Source: Brevundimonas sp. (GTDB lineage: Bacteria > Pseudomonadota > Alphaproteobacteria > Caulobacterales > Caulobacteraceae). From it: a stretch of 64,000 bases of DNA. The stretch covers positions 209,787 to 273,786 of the forward strand of contig NZ_DASYWO010000004.1 in NCBI RefSeq assembly GCF_035935935.1. The letters run 5' to 3'. The notes beneath the pieces are model-generated. The model did not search any database. It was not told the origin of the DNA and worked only from the letters and a program-made list of their open reading frames with translations. Shown one piece after another: positions 29,960 through 39,596 of this stretch. Made by a program: the position numbers and the translations under genes. Numbering within the stretch: position 1 is the first letter of the stretch; every line of letters begins with the position of its first letter.

Positions 29960-30763
29960 ATGACCAAGGCCGAGCCCGCGCCCCGGAATGAAGGCTTCCG
30001 CCTGAGGCCGCGCCTGCGGGCCCTGTATCACGGCACGTCGACGACGGCGGTGCGCTTCCGCCTGGCCGTGCTGGTCGTCGATCTGGCCATCGTGGCCTTC
30101 TTCATCGCGGCGCCGCTGCTGCGGCACCAGCCCATCGCCTTCTACGTCGTCGACTACGTCATCGCCTTCATCCTCGCGGCCGACCTGACGGCGCGGGCGC
30201 TCTGCTATTCCGATCTGAAGGACTGGCTGAAGAAGCCGATCGTCTGGATGGACCTGTTCATCCTGGCGACGCTGCTGTTCCCGGCCTGGCTGTTCAACCT
30301 CGGCTTCCTGCGCGTGCTGCGGCTCTGGACCCTGATCAACTCGGACTTCTTCTGGCGCACCGTCGGCCGCCGCTACGACGACACGCGGGTGGAGGAGATC
30401 ACCAAGTCGATGACGGCCCTGATCACCTTCGTCTTCGTGGCCACCGGCTTCGTCTACACCTTCTTCCTCGAGAAGGCGGAAGGCATGATCGGCTGGATCG
30501 ACGCCCTGTATTTCACCGTCACCAGCCTGACGACCACGGGCTACGGCGACATCCTGCTGCCCGGGGCGTGGGGCCGGATCGTCTCGATCGCCATCATGCT
30601 CATGGGGGTGACCCTGTTCGTCCGGCTGGGCCAGACCCTGCTGCGGCCGCACAAGGTCCGCTATCCCTGCGACCGCTGCGGCCTGCAGGTGCATGACCCG
30701 GACGCCGTCCACTGCAAGGCCTGCGGCAATCTGCTGTGCATCCCGGACGAGGGGAACCACTGA
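29960..30763 (+). CDS. potassium channel family protein with C-terminal zinc-ribbon tail
   Basis: Selectivity filter TTTGYGD, TM helices, and the tail YPCDRCGLQVHDPDAVHCKACGNLLC. Confidence 0.8.
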   Translation: MTKAEPAPRNEGFRLRPRLRALYHGTSTTAVRFRLAVLVVDLAIVAFFIAAPLLRHQPIAFYVVDYVIAFILAADLTARALCYSDLKDWLKKPIVWMDLFILATLLFPAWLFNLGFLRVLRLWTLINSDFFWRTVGRRYDDTRVEEITKSMTALITFVFVATGFVYTFFLEKAEGMIGWIDALYFTVTSLTTTGYGDILLPGAWGRIVSIAIMLMGVTLFVRLGQTLLRPHKVRYPCDRCGLQVHDPDAVHCKACGNLLCIPDEGNH

Positions 30764-30823
30764 TCGCGGCTTGCCGCCGGGCCTCGCGTCCTTAAGGTGC
30801 GCCCCAGTTCCGGGGAGACCTTC

Positions 30824-32983
30824 ATGATCAAAACCAGGCTCGCGCTGCTCGCCATGACCACCGCCTTCATCCTGCCCGCCGCCGCGCCCGCCCTTGCGCA
30901 GGAGGCGGCCGCCGCCGGCTTCGCCCAGACCGACGCCGCCGACCCGTACCTGTGGCTGGAGGAGGTCGAGGGCGAGCGCGCCATGGCCTGGGTCAAGGCG
31001 CAGAACGAGACCAGCCTCGGAACGCTGCAGGGCGACCCCCGCTACCAGGGCCTCCACGACCAGGCGCTGGCCATCCTCGAGGCCCGCGACCGCATCCCGG
31101 CGCCGGGCTTCGCCATGGGGCTGGAGGGCGAGGCGCAGGGAATTTCCAACTTCTGGCAGGACGGCACGAACGTGCGCGGCCTGTGGCGGATGACCACCGT
31201 CGACGGCTACCTGGGCGACCAGACGCAATGGACGACAATCATCGACGTCGACGCCCTGTCGAAGGCCGAGAACGCCAACTGGGTCTGGCGCGGCGCCAAC
31301 TGCCTGTCGCCTGCGGAGACCCGTTGCCTCGTCACCCTGTCCGACGGCGGCAAGGACGCGGTCACGGTGCGCGAGTTCGACCGGTCGACCCGCACCTTCG
31401 TCGATGGAGGCTTCGTCCTGCCCGAGTCCAAGGGCGGCGCGACCTGGATCGACGAAAACACCCTGCTGATCTCGCGCGACTTCGGGCCCGGCACGCTGAC
31501 GGACTCCGGCTATCCCATGGTGGTCAAGCGCTGGACGCGCGGCACGCCGATGGATCAGGCGGTCGAGGTCTTCCGCGGCCGGCAGACGGACGTCTCCGCC
31601 TCGGGCTTCACCCTGCGCGACGCCGACGGCGCGCTGCGGGCGACGTTGATCAACCGCGGCGTGACCTTCTACGAGACCGAGACCTACGTCCTGAACGACG
31701 ACGGCACGACGACGAAACTGCCGCTGCCGGCCAAGTCGTCGATCTCGGGCTTCGTCGGCGGCAAGGTCATCATGACGCTGGAGCAGGACTGGAGCCACGG
31801 CGGACGCGACTTCAGGACCGGAGATCTGGTGGCCTGGGATCTGGACGGCCTGCTGGGCCGCACCCAGGCGCCGGTCGAACTCATCCTGCGCCCGACCGAA
31901 CGTCAGGCCATCGAGGGCGTCGCCAACACCCGCAATCGCGTGGTCGTGGCGCTGTACGACAATGTCCGCGGCGGTCTGGTCTCGTATGCTCCCGACCGGA
32001 ACGGCGGCTGGACCGCGACGAGGGTCGATCTGCCGGAGAACGTGTCCGTCAATCTGGGCTCGGCCTCCGATCAGGACGACCGCGTCTTCGCCTCGGTGTC
32101 CGGCTATCTGACGCCCCAGTCGCTGTGGCTGGTCGACGCCGCGACCGGGCAGGCGCGCAGCGTCAAGTCGCTGCCGGCCAAGTTCGACGCCACGGGGCTG
32201 GAGGTCCGCCAGTTCGAGGCGACCAGCGCCGACGGCACGAAGATCCCGTACTTCGTGGTGGGCCGCGAGGCCATCCCGACCGACGGATCGAACCCGACGC
32301 TGCTGTACGGCTACGGCGGCTTCCAGTCGTCGCTGCTGCCCGGCTATTCGGCCAACGTCGGCAAGCTGTGGCTGGAGCGCGGCGGCGTCTACGTCGTCGC
32401 CAACACCCGCGGCGGCGGCGAGTTCGGGCCCAGCTGGCACCAGTCGGCGCTGCAGCAGAACCGCCAGCGCGCGCATGAGGACTTCCAGGCCGTGGCGCTG
32501 GACCTGATCGCCCGGGGCATCACCAGCCCGCGTCGTCTCGGCGTCATGGGCGGCTCGCAGGGCGGCCTGTTCATGGGCGCCATGCTGACCCAGCGCCCGG
32601 ACCTGATCAACGCGGCCGTCATCCAGGTGCCGCTGTTCGACATGCTGCGCTTCCACAAGCTGCTGGCCGGCGCCTCGTGGATCGCGGAGTACGGCAACCC
32701 GGACGTCCCGACCGAGCGCGAGTGGATCGCGGCCTACTCGCCGTACCAGAACCTGCGCGCGGGCCAGCCCTATCCGCAGGTCTTCATCCATACCTCCACC
32801 AAGGACGACCGCGTGCACCCCGGCCATGCCCGCAAGGCCGCGGCCCGGATGCAGGAGCTGGGCTACGACGTCCTGTTCTATGAGAACACCGACGGCGGCC
32901 ACGCCGCCGGCGCCAACCTGCGCGAGACGGCCCGGCGTCTGGCGCTGGAATACACCTATCTGACGCGGCGGCTGATGGATTGA
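30824..32983 (+). CDS. prolyl oligopeptidase family (S9A) serine peptidase, secreted
   Basis: Signal peptide MIKTRLALLAMTTAFILPAAAPALA. Ser nucleophile motif GGSQGG, plus DDRVHP and GGH for the catalytic triad. GGGGAG RBS. Confidence 0.9.
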   Translation: MIKTRLALLAMTTAFILPAAAPALAQEAAAAGFAQTDAADPYLWLEEVEGERAMAWVKAQNETSLGTLQGDPRYQGLHDQALAILEARDRIPAPGFAMGLEGEAQGISNFWQDGTNVRGLWRMTTVDGYLGDQTQWTTIIDVDALSKAENANWVWRGANCLSPAETRCLVTLSDGGKDAVTVREFDRSTRTFVDGGFVLPESKGGATWIDENTLLISRDFGPGTLTDSGYPMVVKRWTRGTPMDQAVEVFRGRQTDVSASGFTLRDADGALRATLINRGVTFYETETYVLNDDGTTTKLPLPAKSSISGFVGGKVIMTLEQDWSHGGRDFRTGDLVAWDLDGLLGRTQAPVELILRPTERQAIEGVANTRNRVVVALYDNVRGGLVSYAPDRNGGWTATRVDLPENVSVNLGSASDQDDRVFASVSGYLTPQSLWLVDAATGQARSVKSLPAKFDATGLEVRQFEATSADGTKIPYFVVGREAIPTDGSNPTLLYGYGGFQSSLLPGYSANVGKLWLERGGVYVVANTRGGGEFGPSWHQSALQQNRQRAHEDFQAVALDLIARGITSPRRLGVMGGSQGGLFMGAMLTQRPDLINAAVIQVPLFDMLRFHKLLAGASWIAEYGNPDVPTEREWIAAYSPYQNLRAGQPYPQVFIHTSTKDDRVHPGHARKAAARMQELGYDVLFYENTDGGHAAGANLRETARRLALEYTYLTRRLMD

Positions 32984-33047
32984 GCCCGGTAAGGTCTCCT
33001 CCGCCCGGCTTCTAGCAGAGGAAATCCAGATTGAACGGAGTACGACG

Positions 33048-35264
33048 ATGCGCGCCCCCCTTCTGATCACCGCCTCGGCCCTGGCCCTGACCGCCTGCGC
33101 GCCTCAGTACGTGACGGTTACGGAAGTCATGTCCAATCCGGGCGGAACCTCGATTGAACTGCCGCCTCCGCACATGCCTGACGACCTCTCCCCCGAGGGC
33201 GTGGCCGCCGCCGACGACCATCTGGCGCTGGAGCAGGTGGACGGGGCCGAAGCCATGGCCTTCGTGCGGGCGTCGAACGAAACGGCGCTGTCGGCCCTGA
33301 CCGGCGACCCTCGCTACGAGACCTTCCGGACCGAGGCCGAGGCGATCCTGACGGCCACGGACCGCATCCCCGCGCCGTCCTTCCTCGGCGACGGGATCGG
33401 CAATTTCTGGCAGGACGCGACCAATCCCAAGGGCGTCTGGCGCCGCACGACGCTGGAGTCGTATGCGTCGGCCGACACGCGGTGGGAGACGCTGCTGGAC
33501 GTCGACGCCCTGGCCCGCGCCGAGGGCAAGGACTGGGTGTTCAAGGGCGCCTCGTGCCTGGCTCCGGACGAGACCCGCTGCCTGATCTCGCTGTCGGACG
33601 GCGGCAAGGACGCCGTGGTCGTGCGCGAGTTCGACCTGACGACCAAGACGTTCGTGGACGGCGGCTTCGTCCTGCCCGAGGGCAAGCACCGCCTCAGCTG
33701 GCTGGACCGCGACACGCTTCTCGTCGCCACCGACTTCGGCCCCGGCACGCTGACGGAGTCAGGTTATCCTTACATCATCAAGTCGCTGAAGCGCGGCCAG
33801 ACCCTGGCGCAGGCGACCGAGGTCTATCGCGGGGCGCAATCCGACGGCGGCTACGGCGTCTCCGCATCCGTCTTCCGCGACGCCGGGGGGGCCGTGGAGG
33901 CGGTCGTGTTCAGCCGGCCCCTGGACACCTTCCGCTCCGAGACTGCGCTTCTGACGGATCAGGGCCCCACGCGCCTCGCCTTGCCGGAACGGGTGTCGAT
34001 CTACGGCACCCAGGGCGGACGCCTGATCTTCTCCAACGACGAGGCCTGGGCGCTGCAAGGCGCCGACGTTCCGCCGGGGTCGCTTCTTTCCGTGCCCTTC
34101 ATGGACCTGCGCGCGCCTGTGGAGGACCAGCCGTCCCCGCCTGCACTGATCTTTTCGCCGGGGCCGCGCCAGTCGTTGCAGGACGTCGCCGTCCTGGAGG
34201 ACCACCTGATCCTCGCCATCTCCGACAACGTGTCGGGGCGGCTGATACATGTCGGTTCGACACCTGAGAGGGCGGCCCCGAACCCGCACTGGGTGCTCCG
34301 GGACATCGAGGCCCCGACCTCCAGTGCGCTGTCCCTGGGTGACGCGTCCAAGGGCTCCGGCCGCGTTTTCGTCTCCAGCCAGGGCTTCCTGACGCCGCCG
34401 ACGCTCAGTCTGCTGGAACCTTCTGGCCGCTCGCTTTCGGCCCTGCGCGCCGCCCCGCCCAAGTTCGACGCCTCGACCCACGTGGTGCAGCAGTTCGAGG
34501 CCACGTCGTCGGACGGGACGAAGATCCCCTATTTCGTCGTGATGCCGCGCGGCCTGCGCATGGACGGCTCGGCGCCGACCATCCTGTTCGGCTACGGCGG
34601 GTTCCAGGCCAGCTTCCCGCCCGCCTACAAGCCCGAGATGGGCAAGCTGTGGCTGGAGAACGGCGGCGTCTTCGTCCAGGCCAACATCCGGGGCGGGGGC
34701 GAGTTCGGCCCCGGCTGGCACCAGGCCGTGCTGAAGGAAAACCGCCAGCTGGCCTTCGACGACTTCGCCGCGGTGGCCCGCGACCTGATCGACCGCGGCA
34801 TCACCAGCCCGCGCCGGCTGGGCATCTACGGGCGCTCCAACGGCGGCGTCCTGACCTCGGTCTCGATCACCCAGCATCCGGAGCTGTTCAACGCCGCGGT
34901 GATCGAAAGCCCGCTGATCGACATGCTGCGCTACCACCTGCTGCCCGCCGGCGCCTCGTGGATCGGCGAATACGGCGACCCGCGCATTCCGGAGCAGGCG
35001 GCGTACATCGCCCGCTACTCCGCCTATCAGCAGCTTCGCCCCGACGTCCGCTATCCGCGCGTCTACATCACGACGAACACGCGAGACGACCGCGTCCACC
35101 CCGGCCACGCCCGCAAGTTCGCCGCGCGGCTGGCGGCCCAGGGCCACGACTACCTCTATTACGAGGAGACGGCGGGCGGTCACTCCAACGACGCCGACCC
35201 GGTCGCCAACGCGCGGCGCTGGGCCCGCCACTATGTCTATCTGGCCCAGCAGCTGATGGATTGA
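33048..35264 (+). CDS. prolyl oligopeptidase family (S9A) serine peptidase, lipoprotein-type signal
   Basis: MRAPLLITASALALTAC lipobox, with GRSNGG, DDRVHP and GGH. Clear paralog of the preceding gene, with many shared blocks such as PxxSGYPxxxKxxxRG and KIPYFVV. Confidence 0.9.
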   Translation: MRAPLLITASALALTACAPQYVTVTEVMSNPGGTSIELPPPHMPDDLSPEGVAAADDHLALEQVDGAEAMAFVRASNETALSALTGDPRYETFRTEAEAILTATDRIPAPSFLGDGIGNFWQDATNPKGVWRRTTLESYASADTRWETLLDVDALARAEGKDWVFKGASCLAPDETRCLISLSDGGKDAVVVREFDLTTKTFVDGGFVLPEGKHRLSWLDRDTLLVATDFGPGTLTESGYPYIIKSLKRGQTLAQATEVYRGAQSDGGYGVSASVFRDAGGAVEAVVFSRPLDTFRSETALLTDQGPTRLALPERVSIYGTQGGRLIFSNDEAWALQGADVPPGSLLSVPFMDLRAPVEDQPSPPALIFSPGPRQSLQDVAVLEDHLILAISDNVSGRLIHVGSTPERAAPNPHWVLRDIEAPTSSALSLGDASKGSGRVFVSSQGFLTPPTLSLLEPSGRSLSALRAAPPKFDASTHVVQQFEATSSDGTKIPYFVVMPRGLRMDGSAPTILFGYGGFQASFPPAYKPEMGKLWLENGGVFVQANIRGGGEFGPGWHQAVLKENRQLAFDDFAAVARDLIDRGITSPRRLGIYGRSNGGVLTSVSITQHPELFNAAVIESPLIDMLRYHLLPAGASWIGEYGDPRIPEQAAYIARYSAYQQLRPDVRYPRVYITTNTRDDRVHPGHARKFAARLAAQGHDYLYYEETAGGHSNDADPVANARRWARHYVYLAQQLMD

Positions 35265-35348
35265 TCCCCGGCTTCGTCCACAGGGGTCACGGCCTGCTCA
35301 CGGGATTATGAGCGGCGCCGGCCGCGCGGGCCGATAGGCTCCGCCGCC

Positions 35349-36077
35349 ATGAGGATCGGAGGAATCGTCGCCGCGGCGCTGGCCGCGCTGGTTATGGGCG
35401 GCGCGCAGACGTCGGCCCAGACGGGCGCGCGCCCGACGGTCGTCGCCGAAGAGCCGGTGGTGGTGGAGCTTTTCACCGCCCAGGGCTGCGCCGGCTGTCC
35501 GGAAGCCAATGGCGTGGTCGAGCGTCTGGCGGATCAGGCCGACGTCATCCTGCTGACCTGGCCCGTCGACTACTGGGACTGGCTGGGTTGGAAGGACACG
35601 CTCGCGCGCCCCTCGTTCAGCGCGCGTCAGAGACAGTACGTCGAGGCCCTGCGCCTGCGCGCGCCCGCCACGCCCCAGGTCATCATCGACGGCCGGCGCG
35701 TCGTCACGGCCGCCGCCGGCCCGCTGGACGTCGCCGTCACCGAGGCCGCCGCCCGTCGCGACTGGCCGCCGGAGGTCGAGTTCCGCGCCGATGGCGACCG
35801 CGTGGGCGTGGGCTCCGGCCGCGTGCCGCAAGGCGGCGCCGACGTGGTGGCCGTGATCTACACGCCCGGCGTCCAGAGCGTGCGCGTGGGCTCGGGCGAC
35901 AACCGCGGCAAGACGGTGCGTCAGGTCAACGTCGTCCGGACCGTGGCGCGCCTCGGCGCCTGGACCGGCCGCCCCGAAGTCTACGCCCTGCCCGAGGCTC
36001 TGGGCGACCGCGACGGGGTGGCCGTGCTGGTCCAGTCCCGCGGCGACCGTCGCATTCTCGGCGCCGCCCGCCGCTGA
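35349..36077 (+). CDS. DUF1223 domain-containing secreted protein
   Basis: VVELFTAQGCAGCPEAN motif typical of DUF1223. Signal peptide present. Confidence 0.75.
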   Translation: MRIGGIVAAALAALVMGGAQTSAQTGARPTVVAEEPVVVELFTAQGCAGCPEANGVVERLADQADVILLTWPVDYWDWLGWKDTLARPSFSARQRQYVEALRLRAPATPQVIIDGRRVVTAAAGPLDVAVTEAAARRDWPPEVEFRADGDRVGVGSGRVPQGGADVVAVIYTPGVQSVRVGSGDNRGKTVRQVNVVRTVARLGAWTGRPEVYALPEALGDRDGVAVLVQSRGDRRILGAARR

Positions 36078-36153
36078 ATCAGCTTCCATCACTGGCCCGG
36101 CTTGCGCCGTTCCGCTGTCACGGCATGATGGTCGCTGAACGGGGAGTTGCGGG

Positions 36154-36789
36154 ATGGGCGTGCGGGCGGGACTGAAGGCCGGTCTGACGGCGGTCCTGCT
36201 GTGGGCCGTCTCCGCCGTCGGGGTCTCCGCGCAGGAGGAGCCGGGGGCCGCGCGCGGCGTGGCGCGACTCGCCACGGCGGCCCAGCTGGCCGACTGGGGG
36301 CGCGAGCGCGACGATCCCGGCGCGTTGATCCTGGCCGCGCGCATGGTCGGCGAGGTGCCGGTGCGGGCGCAGGGCGAGGCCGCGCCCTTCTTCACCGCGG
36401 ACGCCCTGCTGGACGAGGCCCTGGCCATGTCCGACGGCGATCCGGCCTATGCCGCCGCCATCGCCGTGGTCCGTCAGGATCCGAACCGGGGCGTGGTCTC
36501 CAGCCCCTACGGCGACGGCCCGATCGCCACGGTAAAGACCATGCGTGCGCGGGAGGCGTACGGCTTCGACGTCACGGCGCGCCCGAACGAGATCCTCCGC
36601 GTCGCCGGCATCGGCGACGGCGACGCGCCGCTCGATCTGGTGATCCGCGAGGGAAGCCGCGTTCTGTGCCGCAGCGGTCTGGTCGACCACTACCCGGTCT
36701 GCACCGTCCGCCCCCGCACGGGCCGCGTCCGCATCGAGGTGACCAATGGCGGAGCGATCTGGACGCGCGTCCAGATCCTGAGCAACTGA
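36154..36789 (+). CDS. hypothetical secreted protein (partner of the CHAT protein)
   Basis: Signal peptide ...LLWAVSAVGVSAQ. 211 aa. The stop overlaps the CHAT gene ATG (ATGA at 36787-36791). Confidence 0.55.
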   Translation: MGVRAGLKAGLTAVLLWAVSAVGVSAQEEPGAARGVARLATAAQLADWGRERDDPGALILAARMVGEVPVRAQGEAAPFFTADALLDEALAMSDGDPAYAAAIAVVRQDPNRGVVSSPYGDGPIATVKTMRAREAYGFDVTARPNEILRVAGIGDGDAPLDLVIREGSRVLCRSGLVDHYPVCTVRPRTGRVRIEVTNGGAIWTRVQILSN

Positions 36790-38498
36790 TGCGCGCGCTT
36801 CGCCGGCTCGCCGCCGGACTGGCCGGTGTCGTCCTGCTCGCGTCTCCGGCCGGGTCGCAGGATCCGGACAACTCTCCCGAGGCCCTGCGCGCCGAGGCCT
36901 ATGAGGCGGCCCAGTGGGCCATGGCGTCCGACGCCGCGGAGGCGTTGGCCCGGGTGTCCGCGCGGTATGCCGAGGGGCAGGGGGAGCTGGGCGAACTGGC
37001 CGAGCGCCGCGAGCGGCTGCTGGCCGGGCGCGACGCTCAGGAACGCGAGCTGGCGACCCTCTACGGCGCCGAAGGCGACGCCGCCCGCGCGCGCCGTGCC
37101 GAACTGACCGACGCCTATGAGGCCTCGCTGGACGGCCTCAAGGCCGTCGAGGCCGAGATCGACGTCCGCTTCCCCGCCTACGCCGAACTGGTCGCGCCGC
37201 GCGCCCTGTCGGTCGCGGAGACCCAGGCCCTGCTGAACCCCGACGAGGCCCTGCTGCTGGTCCTCGTCAATCCGGAAGCGACCTATGTCTGGGGCATCTC
37301 GCGCGAGCGTGTGGTCTGGGCCCGCGCTGCGGACCTGGGCGAGGCGGAGATGACGCGGTCCGTCGGCCGTCTGCGCTCCACCCTGACGACCGCCGGCGCC
37401 CGCCGCGACGAGGGCGACCCGACCGTCGATCCGATGATCTGGGCCGGCCGCGGCGGCCTGACCTTCGACCGGGCCGAGGCGCATCGTCTGTACAAGGCCC
37501 TGATCGAACCGGTGGAAAGCGCCTTCGCCGGCAAGACCACCCTGATGTCGGTCGTGTCCGGCCCCCTGACCGGCCTGCCGCTGGCCGTGCTGTCGCCGGC
37601 GCCCCCGGGATCCGCCGACGACGCCGGCTGGCTGATCGACCGCTATGCCCTGGCGACCCTGCCGGCGGCGTCCAGCCTGAAGTCGCTGCGCTGTCATCTG
37701 GTGGTCGGCCCGGCGCGGCACCCCGGCTGTCCCCCCGCCCTGACCGCGCGCGCTGAAATGCGTGAGGCGGGGGCCCGTCTGCCGCTGGTCGCCTACGGCG
37801 CGCCGACGCTCGGCGGCGCGGCCGTGTCCGGGCCGCGCGGGGCGCCGACCGATGCGGACGCCGTTCGCGGCGAAGGCGCCCTGGCCGATCCGGCCAAGCT
37901 GCGCGCCCTGCCTTCCCTTCCCGGGTCCAGGGCCGAGCTTGAGGCCCTGTCCGCCAGCTACCCCTCCGGGATCGTCCGCATCGGGGCCGACGCGACCGAA
38001 ACCGCGGTCAAGGCGACCGACGCCGACGCCCTGTCGCGCGCCCGCTTCGTCGTCTTCTCGACCCATGGATTGATGGCCGGGTCCGCCTTCGCCGAGCCGG
38101 GCCTGGTGCTGACGCCGCCCGACGCGGCCAGCGCGGTCGACGACGGCTACCTGACGGCGTCGGAGGCGGCGGGCCTGCGCCTGAACGCCGACCTCGTGGT
38201 CCTGTCCGCCTGCAACACCGCCGCGCCCGACGGCCGTCCGGGGGCCGAGGGTCTGTCCGGTCTGGCCCGCGCCTTCTTCTACGCGGGCGGTCGCGCCGTG
38301 CTGGTGTCGCACTGGGCGGTGTCGGATCAGGCCACCCGCACCCTGACCGGCCGCACCTTCTCCGGACTGGACGCCTATGGCGCCGACCCCGCCGCCCGCG
38401 CCCGCGCCCTGCGCGACGCGTCTCTGGCGGTGCGCGCCGAAACGCGTTGGCGGCACCCCGCATACTGGGCCGCGTTCACTCTGGTGGGCGCGCCGTAG
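36789..38498 (+). CDS. CHAT domain-containing (caspase-like) protein, secreted
   Basis: Signal peptide MRALRRLAAGLAGVVLLASPAGSQ and a coiled-coil-like Ala/Glu/Arg-rich N-terminal half. The C-terminal CHAT domain carries a His...Cys dyad context (FVVFSTHGLM ... DLVVLSACNTA) and ends with RHPAYWAAFTLVG. Confidence 0.8.
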   Translation: MRALRRLAAGLAGVVLLASPAGSQDPDNSPEALRAEAYEAAQWAMASDAAEALARVSARYAEGQGELGELAERRERLLAGRDAQERELATLYGAEGDAARARRAELTDAYEASLDGLKAVEAEIDVRFPAYAELVAPRALSVAETQALLNPDEALLLVLVNPEATYVWGISRERVVWARAADLGEAEMTRSVGRLRSTLTTAGARRDEGDPTVDPMIWAGRGGLTFDRAEAHRLYKALIEPVESAFAGKTTLMSVVSGPLTGLPLAVLSPAPPGSADDAGWLIDRYALATLPAASSLKSLRCHLVVGPARHPGCPPALTARAEMREAGARLPLVAYGAPTLGGAAVSGPRGAPTDADAVRGEGALADPAKLRALPSLPGSRAELEALSASYPSGIVRIGADATETAVKATDADALSRARFVVFSTHGLMAGSAFAEPGLVLTPPDAASAVDDGYLTASEAAGLRLNADLVVLSACNTAAPDGRPGAEGLSGLARAFFYAGGRAVLVSHWAVSDQATRTLTGRTFSGLDAYGADPAARARALRDASLAVRAETRWRHPAYWAAFTLVGAP

Positions 38499-38516
38499 CC
38501 CCCATCGGCCGGGCGA

Positions 38517-39596
38517 TCAGGCCCCCGCCTTCTTCGCGAAGCTCCACGCCCCTTCCGCCAGCAGCGGCACCTGCGCGGCCATAGACTTCGCGTGGGCGCT
38601 GGCGGCCGTGCCGTCGCGGACGCGGCCGGCGATGCCCTGGCAGATGGCCGCCAGCCGGAACAGGTTGTAGGCGAACAGCCAGTCGAGATTGTCGGGGGCG
38701 GCGATCCCGGCCTTGTCCGCATAGCGGGCCGCCATCTCCTCCATGGAGGGAATGCCCAGAGCGGCGACGTCGACGCCCGCCAGCCCGTTCCTCTGCGTCG
38801 CCGGGATGACCCAGGCGATCAGCAGGTAGGAGAAGTCGGCCATGGGATCGCCCAGCGTCGACAGCTCCCAGTCCAAGACCGCCCGCACCTCGGGCGCCTC
38901 AGGGGCGAGGATCAGGTTGTCCAGCCGGAAGTCGCCGTGGACGATTCGCGTCGGCCCCTGCGGCGGCAGGGTCGCGGGCAGAAAGTCGATCAGCCGGTCC
39001 ATGGCCGGGATCGGCTCGATCTCGGACGCCCGGTACTGCTTGGTCCAGCGCCCGACCTGCCGCTCGAAATAATTGCCGGGCTTGCCGTAGTCGGACAGAC
39101 CGATGGCCTCCGGGTCGAAGGCGTGCAGGCGCGCCAGCACGTCGACCTGCGCCTCATAGATCGCGCGGCGCTGCGCCGGCTCCATCCCCGGCAGCTTCAG
39201 ATCCCACAGGACCCGGCCCTCCACCTTCTCCATGACATAGAACATGGAGCCCACGACCGTATCGTCCGTGCACAGAGCATAGGGCTTCGCCACGGGAAAT
39301 CCCTGCGCGTGCAGGGCCGAGATGACGGCGAACTCGCGGTCGACCGCATGGGCGCTGGCCAGCAGCACGCCCGGCGGCTTGCGGCGCAGGACGTAGGTCC
39401 GGCCGGGCGTCGTCAGCTCATAGGTCGGATTGGACTGGCCCCCCTTGAACTGACGGATGCTCAGGGGCCCGACATAGGCGTCCACGTTTCTGGCCATCCA
39501 GGCGTCCAGCGCGGCGGCGTCCAGCGCGTGACGCGGATCGACCTCGCGCGTGCCGGAAAATGTGCTCTGGGCGTCGGCCTGGGATGCGTCGGTCAT
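38517..39596 (-). CDS. phosphotransferase (APH/ACAD10-N-terminal-like) family protein
   Basis: FKGGQSNPTY...HGDFRLDNLI...DWELSTLGDP kinase-fold motifs. Start at MTDASQ (39596) overlaps the glpK stop. Confidence 0.85.
   Translation of the reverse strand: MTDASQADAQSTFSGTREVDPRHALDAAALDAWMARNVDAYVGPLSIRQFKGGQSNPTYELTTPGRTYVLRRKPPGVLLASAHAVDREFAVISALHAQGFPVAKPYALCTDDTVVGSMFYVMEKVEGRVLWDLKLPGMEPAQRRAIYEAQVDVLARLHAFDPEAIGLSDYGKPGNYFERQVGRWTKQYRASEIEPIPAMDRLIDFLPATLPPQGPTRIVHGDFRLDNLILAPEAPEVRAVLDWELSTLGDPMADFSYLLIAWVIPATQRNGLAGVDVAALGIPSMEEMAARYADKAGIAAPDNLDWLFAYNLFRLAAICQGIAGRVRDGTAASAHAKSMAAQVPLLAEGAWSFAKKAGA

Noticed and set aside
28109-33070. 1653-aa ORF on the minus strand, the longest in the window
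   Set aside because: It runs antisense to ligD, dapF, the K+ channel and a prolyl oligopeptidase, all of which have clear family motifs. Its translation is low-complexity and R/G/A/P/D-rich with no motif. This is the classic stop-codon-poor antisense frame of high-GC DNA.
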